From positions 1 to 14,717 of the forward strand of contig JANPJS010000202.1 of assembly GCA_031425655.1 (NCBI GenBank): 14,717 nucleotides of DNA, given 5' to 3'. Below the pieces are notes generated by a model that had not been told where the DNA came from, did no database searches, and saw only the letters and a list, made by a program, of their open reading frames with translations. Below are positions 1 to 8,595 of the stretch, piece after piece (the stretch's first letter is position 1; each line of letters begins with the position of its first letter). Position numbers and translations under genes: made by a program. Source of the stretch: Abditibacteriaceae bacterium (GTDB lineage: Bacteria; Armatimonadota; Abditibacteriia; Abditibacteriales; Abditibacteriaceae).

Positions 1-2
1 CG

Positions 3-2957
3 CCGGAACCGGAAATCTCTACAAAGCGCGCCTTGCGGCTCATCGAAGGCTTGGCGAAAAGCGAGGACGAGCGCGGCGCGTTGCTCGATGTTCTGGACGC
101 TCTGCTTGAAGATTTAACGCACAGCGCCGACCCGTTTCGCGCGCTACTCAACTTTTCGCGCTTGGCCGACGTGGCTGCCGACCGCGCCGCGCTGCTCCGC
201 GATCTTCGTGCGCATCCGGCCCTTCGCAAACGCCTTTGCGTGCTGCTCGGCTTTTCGCAGGCATTGGCCGACACGCTCGAACGCCAGCCGGAATTGCTCG
301 AATCGCTGCGTCATCACGCGGCGGCTTTCTCTCGGCCCGAATTGCGCCGCCGGGCGCGTGAAGCCATCGAAATCGGCACTTCGCGCACCGAAAAGCTCGA
401 TGCTTTGCGGCGTTTTCGACGCGCGCACAGCTTTCGCATCGGACTTCTCGACATGGAGCGCCAAACGTGGCGCAAAGAAGCCGATTTCAAGCTCGTGGTG
501 CGCCAGATTTCCGATCTGGCGCAGGTCATCGTGCAAATCACGCTCGAAGTGCTGGGCACCGAGTTCGACACCAGCGGCTTCGTGGTTTTGGCGATGGGTA
601 AATTGGGCGCACGCGAACTCAATTACTGGTCGGACATTGACCTGATGTTCGTGGCCGAAGGCGAAAATCCGGCCTTGCGCGGATTGGGCGAAACGCTGTT
701 CAAAGAACTCACTGAATCTACGGCGGCGGGCACGCTTTATCGCGTGGATATGCGACTGCGCCCCGAAGGCAGCGCCGGGCCTCTGGTGACGCCATTCGGT
801 TACGCGCTTGGCTATTACGAATCGTTCGCGGCGGCGTGGGAATGGCAGGCGCTCATCAAGGCCCGCGCCATCGCCGGCGATGCAAGGTTGGGCCGGCGTT
901 TTCGCAAGTTCACGCGCGGCGTGACGTGGGCCAAACGCCCCGACGACGGGCATTTACAAGCCGTCGTCGAGATGAAAAAGCGCTCGGAAGCCACGCCCGA
1001 AGGCAGTGACGCGACCAACGTGAAACAAGGGCCGGGCGCCATCCGCGATGCCGAATGGGTCGTGCAGCAGTTGCAAATGATGGTCGGCCCGACGCATCCG
1101 CGCGCCCGCGTGCCCGACACTTTGGGCGCGATTAGGGCGTTGCAAAGTTTCAACGCCCTAACGCAGCGTGAAGCGCGCGAACTGCGCGAAGGCTACTTGT
1201 TTTTGCGCGTCATCGAGCATCGTTTGCAACTGCTCGACGAACGTGCCATCCGCACACTGCCCGCCGACGAACACGAACGCGCGGCTTTAGCGCGACGGCT
1301 CGGCTACCGCGTGCACAGCGCCCGCGCCGCAAAACGCATGGAAGAAGATTTAACGCGACATCGCGGCGAAATCCGCGCGCTGTGCGAACGATTATTCTGG
1401 GGATGGCGGGACGGAAGGGATGAGGGCCGGGTGCCCTCTGGGCAGGAGATGAGGGATGAAAATGCGGCTTCGCCGTTTGAAGGGACTTCATCCCTCATCC
1501 CTCATCCCTCATCCCTCGCGCGCATCGCGCGCATGGCTCACGGCAGCAGCGCGCATCCGTTTCCGGCGCCCTTAGCGAGGCAGATCAACGCGGCGTTGCC
1601 GCCGGTGCTGGCGCATCTCGATCACGCCGCCGACCCCGAACGCGCTTTAGCCAATCTCGAACGATTATGCGACGCTTCGGGCAACCGGCTTTCGCTGCTG
1701 CGCTCATTAGGCGAAGCGCCCGAATTCGCGCGGGCGGTGCTTTCGCTGCTGGGCGGCTCAGCTTTCCTCTCCGACACGCTAATTGGCGCGCCGGAGTTGC
1801 TCGATATGGCGGCGCATCGCCCGCTGCTGGCCGACCCGAAAACTTGGGAACAGGCGCGCACCGATTGCCGTAGCTATTGCCTGACTTTCCGCGACCGCCA
1901 AGCCGCGATGCGCCGTTGGAAGCGCCGCGAACTGCTGCGAATCGGTTTGCGCGATTTGGTGTTGAATGCGCCGCCGCACGAAATCACGCGCGAAATCGCC
2001 GACTTGTCGCGCGCCTGCCTCGCTTTGGCCGCAGACGAAACCGGCGCCGCATTGCGCCCCGATTCGGAAGGCATTCGCTTCGCTGTGTTGGGCATGGGCA
2101 AATTGGGCGGGGGCGAAATGCACTACGCGTCCGACTGCGACGTGATTTTCGTCTACGAAGCGCCTACGCCGTGGGAAGGCGCTGCCAAACTCGCCGCGCG
2201 TTGGGCCGAAGACATCATTCGTTGGATGGGCGAACTAACCGAAGAAGGCAGCGGTTTTGTGGTGGATGCGCGCCTGCGGCCTTACGGGCAAAGCGGAGTT
2301 TTGGCGCCATCCTTGGCAGCATTTCACGAGTATTTTGAAGACGAAACTCGCGGCATCGCCGTGTGGGAACGCCAAGCTCTGACACGGGCGCGTTATGTGG
2401 CCGGCGATGCGGAAATCGCCGCCGCACTGCTCGCCGCCGTGCGCCACGTCGCGTTTCCCGAAAACTGGCGCGCCGGCTGGGGCGACGAACTGCGCCACAT
2501 CAAAACGCGCGTGGAAACCGAACGTAGCGGCAAAAGCGCCTCGCGCGGCAAAAGTGAAATCTTCGACGTGAAACTGGGACACGGCGCGCTCAGCGACATC
2601 GAATTTTGCGCGCAATGGCTGGCCTTGAAGTTCGGCGCCGGCTGCGCGCAACTGCAAACCACTAACACGCGCAGCCAAATCGAAGCGGCGCAATCGGCGA
2701 ATTTGCTCAGCGAAGCCGAAGCCGCCGCGCTGTTAGACGCGCACACGTTTTTGCGCCGCGCCGAATTGCGTTTGCAGCTTACGCAAGACCACGCCGGCCA
2801 CGCCGCGCGCCGCGATAGCAAAGAGTTCGTGGCATGGTCGCGCGCCGTTTTCCCCGACGAAGCCACCGAAGTTGCGAAGGAACGGTTCGAGTCGCAGTGG
2901 CACGAAACTACGAGCGCCGCGCGCGAAGTCATGCAGCGTGTGCGCGACGAGTTGTGA
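3..2957 (+). CDS. glnE: Bifunctional glutamine synthetase adenylyltransferase/deadenylylase (probably 5'-partial)
   Basis: Two nucleotidyltransferase domains: AMGKLGARELNYWSDIDLMF...RVDMRLRPEG...WEWQALIKAR, and GMGKLGGGEMHYASDCDVIF...VDARLRPYG...WERQALTRAR. KQGPGAIRDAEW and KLGHGALSDIEF motifs are also present. The frame has no stop from position 3 (PEPEISTKRA...) to the TTG at 33, so the real start may lie outside the window. Confidence 0.95.
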   Translation, partial: PEPEISTKRALRLIEGLAKSEDERGALLDVLDALLEDLTHSADPFRALLNFSRLADVAADRAALLRDLRAHPALRKRLCVLLGFSQALADTLERQPELLESLRHHAAAFSRPELRRRAREAIEIGTSRTEKLDALRRFRRAHSFRIGLLDMERQTWRKEADFKLVVRQISDLAQVIVQITLEVLGTEFDTSGFVVLAMGKLGARELNYWSDIDLMFVAEGENPALRGLGETLFKELTESTAAGTLYRVDMRLRPEGSAGPLVTPFGYALGYYESFAAAWEWQALIKARAIAGDARLGRRFRKFTRGVTWAKRPDDGHLQAVVEMKKRSEATPEGSDATNVKQGPGAIRDAEWVVQQLQMMVGPTHPRARVPDTLGAIRALQSFNALTQREARELREGYLFLRVIEHRLQLLDERAIRTLPADEHERAALARRLGYRVHSARAAKRMEEDLTRHRGEIRALCERLFWGWRDGRDEGRVPSGQEMRDENAASPFEGTSSLIPHPSSLARIARMAHGSSAHPFPAPLARQINAALPPVLAHLDHAADPERALANLERLCDASGNRLSLLRSLGEAPEFARAVLSLLGGSAFLSDTLIGAPELLDMAAHRPLLADPKTWEQARTDCRSYCLTFRDRQAAMRRWKRRELLRIGLRDLVLNAPPHEITREIADLSRACLALAADETGAALRPDSEGIRFAVLGMGKLGGGEMHYASDCDVIFVYEAPTPWEGAAKLAARWAEDIIRWMGELTEEGSGFVVDARLRPYGQSGVLAPSLAAFHEYFEDETRGIAVWERQALTRARYVAGDAEIAAALLAAVRHVAFPENWRAGWGDELRHIKTRVETERSGKSASRGKSEIFDVKLGHGALSDIEFCAQWLALKFGAGCAQLQTTNTRSQIEAAQSANLLSEAEAAALLDAHTFLRRAELRLQLTQDHAGHAARRDSKEFVAWSRAVFPDEATEVAKERFESQWHETTSAAREVMQRVRDEL
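1416..1517. repeat. In-frame palindromic heptamer-repeat element (GGGATGA / TCATCCC x4) within glnE
   Basis: Four tandem TCATCCC at 1488-1515. Inverted copies AGGGATGAGGG (1416-1426) and GATGAGGGATGAA (1448-1460). Translates as ...RDEGRVPSGQEMRDE...SSLIPHPSSL. Confidence 0.85.
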
Positions 2958-2964
2958 GACGATG

Positions 2965-3093
2965 CCAGCGATTGAAATCGCGGCTGCGAGGCCTTCGGCC
3001 AACAGTCCGCCTGCGCGGACTGGAATGCGCTCAGTCCGCGCAGGCGGACTGCTGGCGGCACAGCCGCCTTTCAGCCGCGACTTCAGTCGCTGG
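2965..3093. repeat. REP/REPIN-like nested palindromic element
   Basis: Outer inverted repeat 2965-2986 / 3072-3093 (20/22 match). Perfect 20-bp inner inverted repeat 3003-3022 / 3032-3051. Confidence 0.9.
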
Positions 3094-3099
3094 GCACCT

Positions 3100-6000
3100 T
3101 TACGCGCCTTCGACGAGGGCGATTTCCGCATCGCTGAGTTCATACAACGCATAAACGAGGCGATCTATCTGCTTATCCGTCGCGGTGATTTGGCGTTGCA
3201 AACTCGTCGTATCCTGCGCCGTGCGCGCCTGCGCCAATCGCTGGTTTAAGTCCAGCATCCGCTCGACCAATTTCACCATTTCATCGTGCCGCGCCGTGTC
3301 GTCTTTGTCCGCGAAATCTATGGCGCGAATGGGAAGATGGCGAATAAAACGCGATTCAAAACTGTAATAGCCGCCGCGAAACTGCGTTGCTGTTTGCCGA
3401 ATGAACCACTCCAAAACGCTGCTATTCAATAAGCCCAAAACATATTCACGCGACAATTCAGAGTCCACAAGAATCCCATAACCGCCTGAAACGCCGCCTG
3501 TAAAAAAAACTTCGCCGCTTTCGTCCAGTGAAAACGCCGCGCGGGCGGCGATGTCCGGCGTAAATAACTTTGGCAACGGCATCACATCAAGAGCTTTCGG
3601 ATAAATGTAGGCATACCAATTCGCGCCGCGCATTTTGCCGCTCTCTCGCTCTTCCAAATAGGTTTTATGGGCCTCAAGATATTTCCATGTGAGCGGATAT
3701 TGCTTTTGGAATGAGGCAGCAGAAATGAGTTTTGAAGCGGAATCGCCTTGTGAAGCGTAGGGAAAAAGAATCAGGCGTTTGGTGCGCGCAAGATGAAAGC
3801 GTTTGCTGTCGCCGCCTTTGATAAGCGGATGCAATAAATCGGGTTCAAGCCAGTATTCTTTCTCGTCTTGCCTTGAATAAATCTTTACGCGACCTTCTTT
3901 GCGCTCTAATTCTTCAACAATATAAATCTTGTCGGCGCTGGTTTTTATCCCTTGAAAAATTCGGCTCGTGACGTTTTCCAGTTTCACCGGCATGGCGGCT
4001 AATTTGTCGAACAACGCGGAGTCGTGGCCGAGGGCGAAATTCCATTCGGCGGCGGTGATGGACGCAGCGGGCACGCTGCCGCGTATCGCTTGGCCCGCCG
4101 CCCGCCACGTTTCGAGGTCGTCCACTTTGGCAATCGCCGCGCTTGGATTCGCGCTTTTGTTCAGAAAAAGCAGACAAGTGTAAGTCGTGGCGCCCGCGAA
4201 AATCTGCTGATGCCCGAAATGCACCACGTCCGATAAATGCGCGCCTTCTGCGATTAACCGGCGCAGCGGCGCGCCGTATTTCGCGTTGAAAAACTTGTGC
4301 GGCAAAATATAGCCCATGCGCCCGCTGGCATTCAGCAGTTGCAGCGCACGCTCCACGAAAACCACATAAATATCGTAATTGCCCTGACTGGCCGCTTGAT
4401 ACTGCGTTTTCAGGCGCTCGACTTCCAGCGGCGCCCACTCTTTCAAGGCTTGAATGCGAATATACGGCGGGTTGCCGACAATGGCGTCGAAGCCGCCGCT
4501 TTTCATAATCGCGGGGAATTCGTCGTTCCAGTCGAAGGCGTTGATGCGCGTTCGTTCTTCGTCGGAAATTTCATCCAAGCCCGGCTGCTCGTAAAAGTCG
4601 TGGCCAATCAGCGAGTTTCCGCATTTGATGTTCGCGTCGAGGTCGGGCAAAAGGCGCTCTTGCGGCGCCAGCAAACGCCCTTGTCCGGTCGGTGCGTTAT
4701 CGGGCACGCCGTCTTCCAGCACTTTCAAGAGCAGCGACAACTTGGTGACTTCAACCGCCTGCCGGTCAATATCCACGCCGCAAATGTTATTGAGCAGAAT
4801 GCGCTTTTTCTCGCGCGTCGTGAGTCGCCACAACGGTGCGGCATCCGGCGCTTGATCTCTGGTTTCGCGGCACAGAGGCCCGTCACGGCGCGCGGCCAAC
4901 TTTTCCGGGTCGTGCTGCACGTAGTAATCGAGGTGCCAGTTCAGCAGCCAATCGAAAGCGCCGAGCAAAAACGAGCCGGAGCCGCACGCCGGGTCAAGCA
5001 CTTTGAGGTTTTCCACTTGCTTGGGCGTTTTGCCGTCGCAGAGCGGGCCGAGCGTTTGCCGCACGATGGTATCCACGATATACGACGGCGTATAATAAAC
5101 GCCGCCGGCTTTTCGCACTTCGGGCTTATCGTCCACTTCGGCGTGATTATTGGCGCTCAGACGAATCACTTTGCCCAAAAACTGCTCGTAAACCTGCCCC
5201 AAAATCTCGACCGGCACCAGGCGAAAATTATACGGCTGCGGCGCATACAGTTTGTAAATGATGCCGTGCAAAACCGTGTCGTCAATCTTCAAGGCGAGCG
5301 TGAGCGAATCGCCATCGCCGGGCCGCGCTTTTTCTTTTTGAAAGTGAAACAAGCCGGAGTTATAGCGATTATCCGCCTGCCGAAACAAGTCGCACAGTTC
5401 GCTGTAAACGCCCGATTTTTGCGAGATGGCTTGCAGTTGCAGGTCGGGTTCGATGTCGCGGTCTTCGCAGATTCGCAGAAACAAAATGCGGTCAATGGTC
5501 ATTTGCACCGCATAATTGAGGTCGCTTTGCGTCAGGTTCTTGTTGAGGCGCGCGATGTTGACGGCTAAGGCTTCGCGCCAGCCTTCGATAAGCCGCAAAA
5601 AGTCGGCATCGAAGGTGACGCTGCCCTTCTTCACGCTTTGCGCCGCCTGCTTATCCAGCGAGCCGCCGCGCACCGCATCGCGCCCGAAGAGCGCGGCGAT
5701 TTCGGGCCATTTGGCGTCGTATTCGGTGAATTTGCAGTAAAACGAGCGCGCGGTTTGCGCGCTTTCGGTGTTGGCGGGCTTGAAGCGGCAATCGTAAACC
5801 GCGAACTCTTCGAAATCGGTCAGCACGCAAAACGGCAGCTTTCGATTCCAGCCGTAAGTGCGCGTTTGAAAAGCCGCCCTCTGATCGTCTTTGAGGTTCA
5901 CCGACGGCTTTTTGGCTTCCACGAAAAACTTGTCGGTATTGCCGTTGCGAAAACAATAATCGGGCCTTTTGCTGAGTCCCTCAATTTTAACGGGATACTC

Positions 6001-6186
6001 CTGCACCACATCGCGCACGTTTTCGGCGACGTTGGCCGTGTTGTTCATGTCCCAACCGAGCGCGGCGAAAAACGGGTCGAGAAAATCGCGCCGAAGCTGC
6101 GTTTCGTTATATTTTCCGGCGCGATAATCGTCGCCATGTTCGGCAAAGCGTGCGGCCAATTCGAGGACTTTATCAGGAGCGGGCAT
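3100..6186 (-). CDS. Type IIG fused restriction endonuclease / N6-adenine methyltransferase (Eco57I/TaqI-C-like), about 1028 aa
   Basis: N-terminal PD-(D/E)xK nuclease (RPDYCF...FFVEAKK). GVYYTP, MTase motif I (LDPACGSGSFL) and motif IV (GNPPY). C-terminal TaqI-C-like specificity region (YVLGLLNS...GGYYSFESRFIRHLPI) and IDRLVYALYEL tail. Start moved to ATG 6186 because the ORF-track start at 6342 lies inside a palindromic repeat. Confidence 0.93.
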   Translation of the reverse strand: MPAPDKVLELAARFAEHGDDYRAGKYNETQLRRDFLDPFFAALGWDMNNTANVAENVRDVVQEYPVKIEGLSKRPDYCFRNGNTDKFFVEAKKPSVNLKDDQRAAFQTRTYGWNRKLPFCVLTDFEEFAVYDCRFKPANTESAQTARSFYCKFTEYDAKWPEIAALFGRDAVRGGSLDKQAAQSVKKGSVTFDADFLRLIEGWREALAVNIARLNKNLTQSDLNYAVQMTIDRILFLRICEDRDIEPDLQLQAISQKSGVYSELCDLFRQADNRYNSGLFHFQKEKARPGDGDSLTLALKIDDTVLHGIIYKLYAPQPYNFRLVPVEILGQVYEQFLGKVIRLSANNHAEVDDKPEVRKAGGVYYTPSYIVDTIVRQTLGPLCDGKTPKQVENLKVLDPACGSGSFLLGAFDWLLNWHLDYYVQHDPEKLAARRDGPLCRETRDQAPDAAPLWRLTTREKKRILLNNICGVDIDRQAVEVTKLSLLLKVLEDGVPDNAPTGQGRLLAPQERLLPDLDANIKCGNSLIGHDFYEQPGLDEISDEERTRINAFDWNDEFPAIMKSGGFDAIVGNPPYIRIQALKEWAPLEVERLKTQYQAASQGNYDIYVVFVERALQLLNASGRMGYILPHKFFNAKYGAPLRRLIAEGAHLSDVVHFGHQQIFAGATTYTCLLFLNKSANPSAAIAKVDDLETWRAAGQAIRGSVPAASITAAEWNFALGHDSALFDKLAAMPVKLENVTSRIFQGIKTSADKIYIVEELERKEGRVKIYSRQDEKEYWLEPDLLHPLIKGGDSKRFHLARTKRLILFPYASQGDSASKLISAASFQKQYPLTWKYLEAHKTYLEERESGKMRGANWYAYIYPKALDVMPLPKLFTPDIAARAAFSLDESGEVFFTGGVSGGYGILVDSELSREYVLGLLNSSVLEWFIRQTATQFRGGYYSFESRFIRHLPIRAIDFADKDDTARHDEMVKLVERMLDLNQRLAQARTAQDTTSLQRQITATDKQIDRLVYALYELSDAEIALVEGA

Positions 6187-6192
6187 AGCGTT

Positions 6193-6222
6193 ATTGTCAC
6201 CGATTGGCAGGTTCGGCGGCAA
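6193..6222 (-). promoter_or_regulatory. Putative sigma70 promoter for a leaderless R-M transcript
   Basis: TTGCCG (6222-6217), 18-nt spacer, GACAAT (6198-6193), 6 nt, then ATG. No Shine-Dalgarno sequence. Confidence 0.45.
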
Positions 6223-6248
6223 ACCGCGCCGTATTGATTGCCTGCACC

Positions 6249-6406
6249 GAGCGACTTCGTCGCTCATGAAAACCCCCAACCCCCTTGGTAAGGGGGCAAA
6301 ATTCATTTGCTGCCGCGCGCGAATTACGTTTCGCCCGCGCAATTGCGTATTAGCTTTGCCCCCTTACCAAGGGGGTTGGGGGTTTTCATGAGCGACGAAG
6401 TCGCTC
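6249..6406. repeat. MITE/REPIN-like element with perfect 52-bp terminal inverted repeats
   Basis: 6249-6300 is the exact reverse complement of 6355-6406, with a 54-bp spacer. Confidence 0.92.
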
Positions 6407-6426
6407 TTATTTAACGATTACCCAAT

Positions 6427-8178
6427 TTACAAATCGCCATCCGTCACAGCGCCGAGCGAAGCGGAACTGACCAATTTCGCGTATTTGGCCAGCACGCCGC
6501 GCGTGTAGCGCGGTTTGGGCTGCTTCCATTTGGTCAGACGCACCGCGATTTCCTCGTCGCTCACGTCGAGATTAATGGCGTGATTTACGGCGTCAATCGT
6601 GATGCCGTCACCGTTTTTCACGATGGCAAGCGGCCCGCCTTCGTGCGCTTCGGGCGTGATATGACCGACCACGAAGCCGTGACTGCCGCCCGAAAAGCGT
6701 CCGTCGGTAATCAGCGCGACTTCTTTGCCCAAGCCTTTGCCCATTACGGCAGAAGTTGGCGAGAGCATTTCGCGCATTCCCGGCCCACCGCGCGGGCCTT
6801 CGTGGCGAATCACGATGACATCGCCTTTTTTGATTTTGCCGGTCAAAATCGCGTCCAAAGCGGTTTCTTCGCTTTCAAAAACGCGCGCTTTGCCGCTGAA
6901 ATTCAAACCTTCCTTGCCGGAAATTTTGGCGACGGCGCCGGTCGGAGCCAAGTTGCCGTAAAGAATGACGAGGTGGCTTTCGGCTTTAATCGGCGCGTCT
7001 ATCGGCATTATGACGGTCTGGCCTTTGGGATACGGCTTGACGCCGCGCAGGTTGTCCGCGAGGGTTTTGCCGGTTACCGTCATGCAATCGCCGTGAAGCA
7101 GGCCGGCGTCGAGCAGAGTTTTCATCAGCGGTTTCAGGCCGCCGATTTTGACCAAATCGCTCATCATGTATTTGCCGCTGGGCCGCAAATCGGCCAAAAC
7201 CGGCACGCGCGCACCGATTTTGGTGAAGTCGTCAATGGTCAGCGGCACCTGCGCGTCGTGCGCGATGGCCAAGAGGTGCAAAACCGCGTTCGTCGAGCCG
7301 CCCAGTGCGATAACGACCGTAATCGCGTTTTCAAACGCCTTGCGCGTCATGATGTCGCGCGGACGAATGTCTTTGGCGATGAGATTCATCACGGCTTTGC
7401 CGGCGTTGCGGCTATCGAGGTTTTTGTCTTCGGAAATCGCCGCTTGCGCCGACGAATTGGGCAAGCTCATGCCCATGGCTTCAATCGCGCTGGCCATGGT
7501 GTTGGCGGTATACATTCCGCCGCACGATCCGGCGCCGGGAATCGCGCACTCTTCGAGAGCTTTCAGTTTCGCATCGTCAATTTTGCCCGCCGCGTGCTGC
7601 CCGATGGCCTCGTAAACCGAAACGATGTCCACATCGCGGTCTTCGAGATGGCCGGGCATAATCGTGCCGCCGTAAACGAAAACCGCAGGCCGGTTGAGGC
7701 GCGCAATCGCCATCATGCAGCCGGGCATATTTTTGTCGCAGCCGCCGATGGCGACAAGGCCGTCGAACCCTTCGCCGCCCATCACCGTTTCAATCGAATC
7801 GGCGATGACTTCGCGCGAAACGAGCGAATATTTCATGCCTTCGGTGCCCATCGAAATGCCGTCGGAGATGCCCGGCACACCGAAAATGACGCCCTTGCCT
7901 TTGTTGCCGTCCACGCCGGTGCAAGCCGCCCACGCCAGCTTGTCGAGGTGCATATTGCACGGCGTCACCATGTTCCACGCCGACGCAATGCCGACGTGAG
8001 ACTTTTTGAAATCGGCGGGCGTGAAGCCGACGGCATACAACATCGAGCGCGAGCCGGCGCGGTCGGGGCCATCGAGCATTTCCGAGGAATGTTCGCGGTG
8101 CGCCTTTTTTCCCTCTTGCAGTGCGGCGTTTTTGATGTTCTTCGTGCTTTGCGCGGCGCGCTTTTTCAATTCGTTCAT
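6427..8178 (-). CDS. ilvD: Dihydroxy-acid dehydratase, about 583 aa
   Basis: Motifs [79 protein letters not shown] 8178 is preceded by GAGG. Confidence 0.97.
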   Translation of the reverse strand: MNELKKRAAQSTKNIKNAALQEGKKAHREHSSEMLDGPDRAGSRSMLYAVGFTPADFKKSHVGIASAWNMVTPCNMHLDKLAWAACTGVDGNKGKGVIFGVPGISDGISMGTEGMKYSLVSREVIADSIETVMGGEGFDGLVAIGGCDKNMPGCMMAIARLNRPAVFVYGGTIMPGHLEDRDVDIVSVYEAIGQHAAGKIDDAKLKALEECAIPGAGSCGGMYTANTMASAIEAMGMSLPNSSAQAAISEDKNLDSRNAGKAVMNLIAKDIRPRDIMTRKAFENAITVVIALGGSTNAVLHLLAIAHDAQVPLTIDDFTKIGARVPVLADLRPSGKYMMSDLVKIGGLKPLMKTLLDAGLLHGDCMTVTGKTLADNLRGVKPYPKGQTVIMPIDAPIKAESHLVILYGNLAPTGAVAKISGKEGLNFSGKARVFESEETALDAILTGKIKKGDVIVIRHEGPRGGPGMREMLSPTSAVMGKGLGKEVALITDGRFSGGSHGFVVGHITPEAHEGGPLAIVKNGDGITIDAVNHAINLDVSDEEIAVRLTKWKQPKPRYTRGVLAKYAKLVSSASLGAVTDGDL

Positions 8179-8206
8179 GTAAACCTCGTAATTTGGAGTA
8201 AGAGAA

Positions 8207-8212
8207 ATTATA
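8207..8212 (-). promoter_or_regulatory. Putative -10 box (TATAAT) of ilvD
   Basis: Perfect TATAAT about 28 nt upstream of the ilvD ATG. No good -35 at 17-nt spacing. Confidence 0.4.
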
Positions 8213-8242
8213 GCGAAGGCGCGGCAATCAATCGCCGCCACG

Positions 8243-8473
8243 ATGAAAAGAGAAGCGAGGCGCGTTGCCATGTTCCTGTTGCAAGAATTCTGTGCCGCGC
8301 TGCTTTATTCGTTTGGCTCGTTCATCTATTGGACAGCCACTGTTTTTTGGCTCTGATGGAGAACTGAATCCCTCGCGCTGGGAATGGGGCGATTGGGCAA
8401 TTATTTGCGGCGCGAAAGTGGAAAGCTAATCGGCCAGAAAATCGAAGATTTGGGACCGCGCCTGCCAAAATAA
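8243..8473 (+). pseudogene. Small putative membrane-protein gene interrupted by one in-frame TGA
   Basis: [75 protein letters not shown]. The final TAA (8471-8473) is immediately followed by a terminator hairpin. Confidence 0.4.
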
Positions 8474-8504
8474 AAAAGCCTCCCGCGCGATGCGGGAGGC
8501 TTTT
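8472..8504. terminator. Bidirectional intrinsic terminator
   Basis: AAAAAA-GCCTCCCGC-gcgat-GCGGGAGGC-TTTT. Confidence 0.8.
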
Positions 8505-8595
8505 CTGTTTCTGGATTCGATTGTTATTCGGCCAAAACCCACGATAGTGTCTTAATCTGGCTGCCGGTCTTAACGCGAAGAAATGGAAGGCTCAC

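Noticed and set aside
144..3249. Numerous short overlapping ORFs within or around glnE
   Set aside because: Alternative-frame artefacts of high GC content (Arg/Ala/Ser-rich, no motifs).
4297..5568. 423-aa + strand ORF, and 5638-6237
   Set aside because: Antisense shadows of the type IIG R-M gene.
6187..6342. 52-aa N-terminal extension of the R-M ORF
   Set aside because: It runs through the palindromic element and the promoter-like sequence. ATG 6186 is the more plausible start.
8179..8271. 31-aa N-terminal extension of ilvD
   Set aside because: It contains the TATAAT box and the RBS for ATG 8178.
6580..8367. 595-aa + strand ORF
   Set aside because: Antisense shadow of ilvD caused by GC-rich codon bias. 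No recognisable motifs.
8472..8504. Hairpin as a branched-chain amino-acid attenuator or T-box for ilvD
   Set aside because: It is about 300 nt upstream, with no Ile/Leu/Val-rich leader peptide or T-box motif, and ilvD has its own -10 nearby.
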